Shown piece by piece: positions 51,157 to 52,656 of a DNA stretch of 52,656 bases. The notes below the pieces were generated by a model, which did not search any database, was not told where the DNA came from, and saw only the letters and a list, made by a program, of their open reading frames with translations. Within the stretch, counting starts at the first letter, position 1; each line of letters starts with the position of its first letter. Position numbers and translations under genes: made by a program. Origin of the DNA: Thermodesulfobacteriota bacterium (GTDB lineage Bacteria; Desulfobacterota; BSN033; WVXP01; G020346125); NCBI GenBank assembly GCA_041862515.1, contig JBGVTJ010000175.1, positions 1 through 52,656 of the forward strand. Reading direction: 5' to 3'.

Positions 51157-51945
51157 ATGCATGACATTCAAAACCAACATGATTGGCGAAATATCGAGAT
51201 CAACAAGGTTGGGGTCAAGGATATAAGATACCCCATCACCGTTCTGGACAAGAATATCGGTGTACAGCATACCGTGGCCAGCGTCAATATGTACGTGCAT
51301 CTCCCTCACCATTTCAAGGGGACTCACATGAGCCGTTTCGTCGAGATCCTCAATAAATATAGGGGCAGTATTGCCATCAAGAATTTCTCCAATATCCTGA
51401 ATGAGATGAAGGTGAAACTTCGGGCAAGAACCGCTCACCTGGAGATCGAGTTCCCCTATTTTATCCAAAAGGTTGCCCCTGTCACCAAATCGAAGAGCCT
51501 GATGGAGTACCGATGCCGATTCTGTGGGTCAAGCGATGAAGTTGAAGATTTCTATATGGGCGTTACCGTCCCAATTACCACCGTTTGTCCATGCTCCAAA
51601 GAAATCAGTCAACATGGAGCCCATAATCAGAGGAGCCTAGTAACCGTCAATTTCCGATTCAAACGATTTATCTGGATTGAGGACATCATTGACCTGATCG
51701 AGAGCTGCGCCAGTTGTGACGTCTATTCCATCCTTAAACGACCGGATGAACGGTACGTCACCGAAAAGGCTTACGAGAACCCCATGTTCGTGGAGGACAT
51801 CGTTAGGGAGGTTTCGGAAAGGCTCATGGCAGATGAAAATATCACCTGGTTCACCGTGGAATCGGAGAATTTCGAAAGCATCCACAACCACAGTGCCTAT
51901 GCCTTCGTGGAGAGAAGCAGAAACATGGCAAGCCAATCATTCTAA
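51157..51945 (+). CDS. folE2: GTP cyclohydrolase IB
   Basis: KGTHMSRF, CPCSKEIS, AHNQR, ESIHNHSA. Confidence 0.95.
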   Translation: MHDIQNQHDWRNIEINKVGVKDIRYPITVLDKNIGVQHTVASVNMYVHLPHHFKGTHMSRFVEILNKYRGSIAIKNFSNILNEMKVKLRARTAHLEIEFPYFIQKVAPVTKSKSLMEYRCRFCGSSDEVEDFYMGVTVPITTVCPCSKEISQHGAHNQRSLVTVNFRFKRFIWIEDIIDLIESCASCDVYSILKRPDERYVTEKAYENPMFVEDIVREVSERLMADENITWFTVESENFESIHNHSAYAFVERSRNMASQSF

Positions 51946-51990
51946 AGGAAAAGGTGACTCCTATTGCCCTTTTTTATGGACGGAGGATTA

Positions 51991-52006
51991 TGGTATGGTT
52001 TTTGCT
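51991..52006 (+). promoter_or_regulatory. putative sigma54 promoter
   Basis: TGGTATGGTTTTTGCT, 43 nt before ATG 52049. Confidence 0.55.
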
Positions 52007-52048
52007 TCAAAATCTCCTTGATACACTAACTCATCTCCGGAAGCCACT

Positions 52049-52656
52049 ATGCGAAACCCTTACAATTTCACAAGACCGGCTCAAGAATATGCGTTTCTGG
52101 GCGGCCGTGACAGGCAACTGAACGAAATCAAGTACTACATCAACCTCAATAGAAATGGGGGGAATTATCAGTTGGCCCTTCAGGGAAATAGGGCCTCGGG
52201 AAAAACGAGCCTCCTGAATGTCGTCCAAAGCCTATACAGCAATGAGCAAGATATACTCATGGCTCGCGTGGACCTCAACGTGGATCTGGTCACCTCTGAA
52301 TATCTCTTCTTCCGGGAAATCCTCAGCAGCATCATCGCCGAGGGGCTAAAAAGGGGAATCTATGTGTGGCCATCCAAGCTCGAACAACCCGGTCGTCCCA
52401 AGAAGTTCCTCCACGACCATAACGAGCCCCTCTTCTTCTTTGAGATCAGAAGAGACGGAACCATCGATGAAAAGCTCCTCTTCCCGGAAGCTTACATCAA
52501 TGCGGCAAAGCAGAACAGATTCGACCTTCCCATCCCGCAACGCATTGTCATAGAGGGCTTTCGAACCCTGATCGAGGGTTTCTCCCAAAGGGGGATCAAG
52601 GTGATCATTCTGCTTTTAGATGAATGCGACCTCCTCTCCAAGAATACCGCCCTCCT
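52049..52656 (+). CDS. P-loop AAA/STAND-type ATPase, truncated by the window end
   Basis: MRNPYNF...GRDRQL, Walker A GNRASGKTS, Walker B ILLLDECD; no stop before the window end, hence absent from the ORF track. Confidence 0.8.
   Translation, partial: MRNPYNFTRPAQEYAFLGGRDRQLNEIKYYINLNRNGGNYQLALQGNRASGKTSLLNVVQSLYSNEQDILMARVDLNVDLVTSEYLFFREILSSIIAEGLKRGIYVWPSKLEQPGRPKKFLHDHNEPLFFFEIRRDGTIDEKLLFPEAYINAAKQNRFDLPIPQRIVIEGFRTLIEGFSQRGIKVIILLLDECDLLSKNTAL

Overview
Bacterial chromosomal window, most likely Desulfobacterota/deltaproteobacterial. This is inferred from gene content and order: tupABC, FBP aldolase/phosphatase, miaB-DUF151-cmk-rpsA, xseA-M23-xseB-ispA-dxs-tlyA-DUF4416-yicC-remA-gmk-rpoZ, queD-folE2. 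Three accessory zones sit between the housekeeping blocks. (1) 7.0-13.1 kb: a decaying acyl-CoA catabolic operon (hbd remnant, thiolase, acyl-CoA dehydrogenase remnant, MmgE/PrpD remnant, LeuC/LeuD-like) bracketed by two diverged copies of a NUDIX 5' end plus promoter, followed by an AT-rich TauE gene and a TolB-like scar. (2) 22-25.6 kb: modular palindromic and tandem repeats and small genes, including a MamI-like membrane protein. (3) 25.8-39.1 kb, the most striking part: a co-oriented island with eight PilZ-domain genes that all keep the c-di-GMP motifs, an excisionase/BldC-like HTH-PilZ fusion plus a stand-alone paralogue of the same HTH, a second dxs, two DUF4124 and two YbjQ-like genes, and seven sigma54-type (-24/-12) promoter motifs on the coding strand. 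Features missed by the ORF track include an internally deleted ispH pseudogene between cmk and rpsA and a truncated P-loop ATPase at the right edge. No rRNA, tRNA, CRISPR array or transposase was seen. All family calls come from motif recognition by eye, not from database searches.
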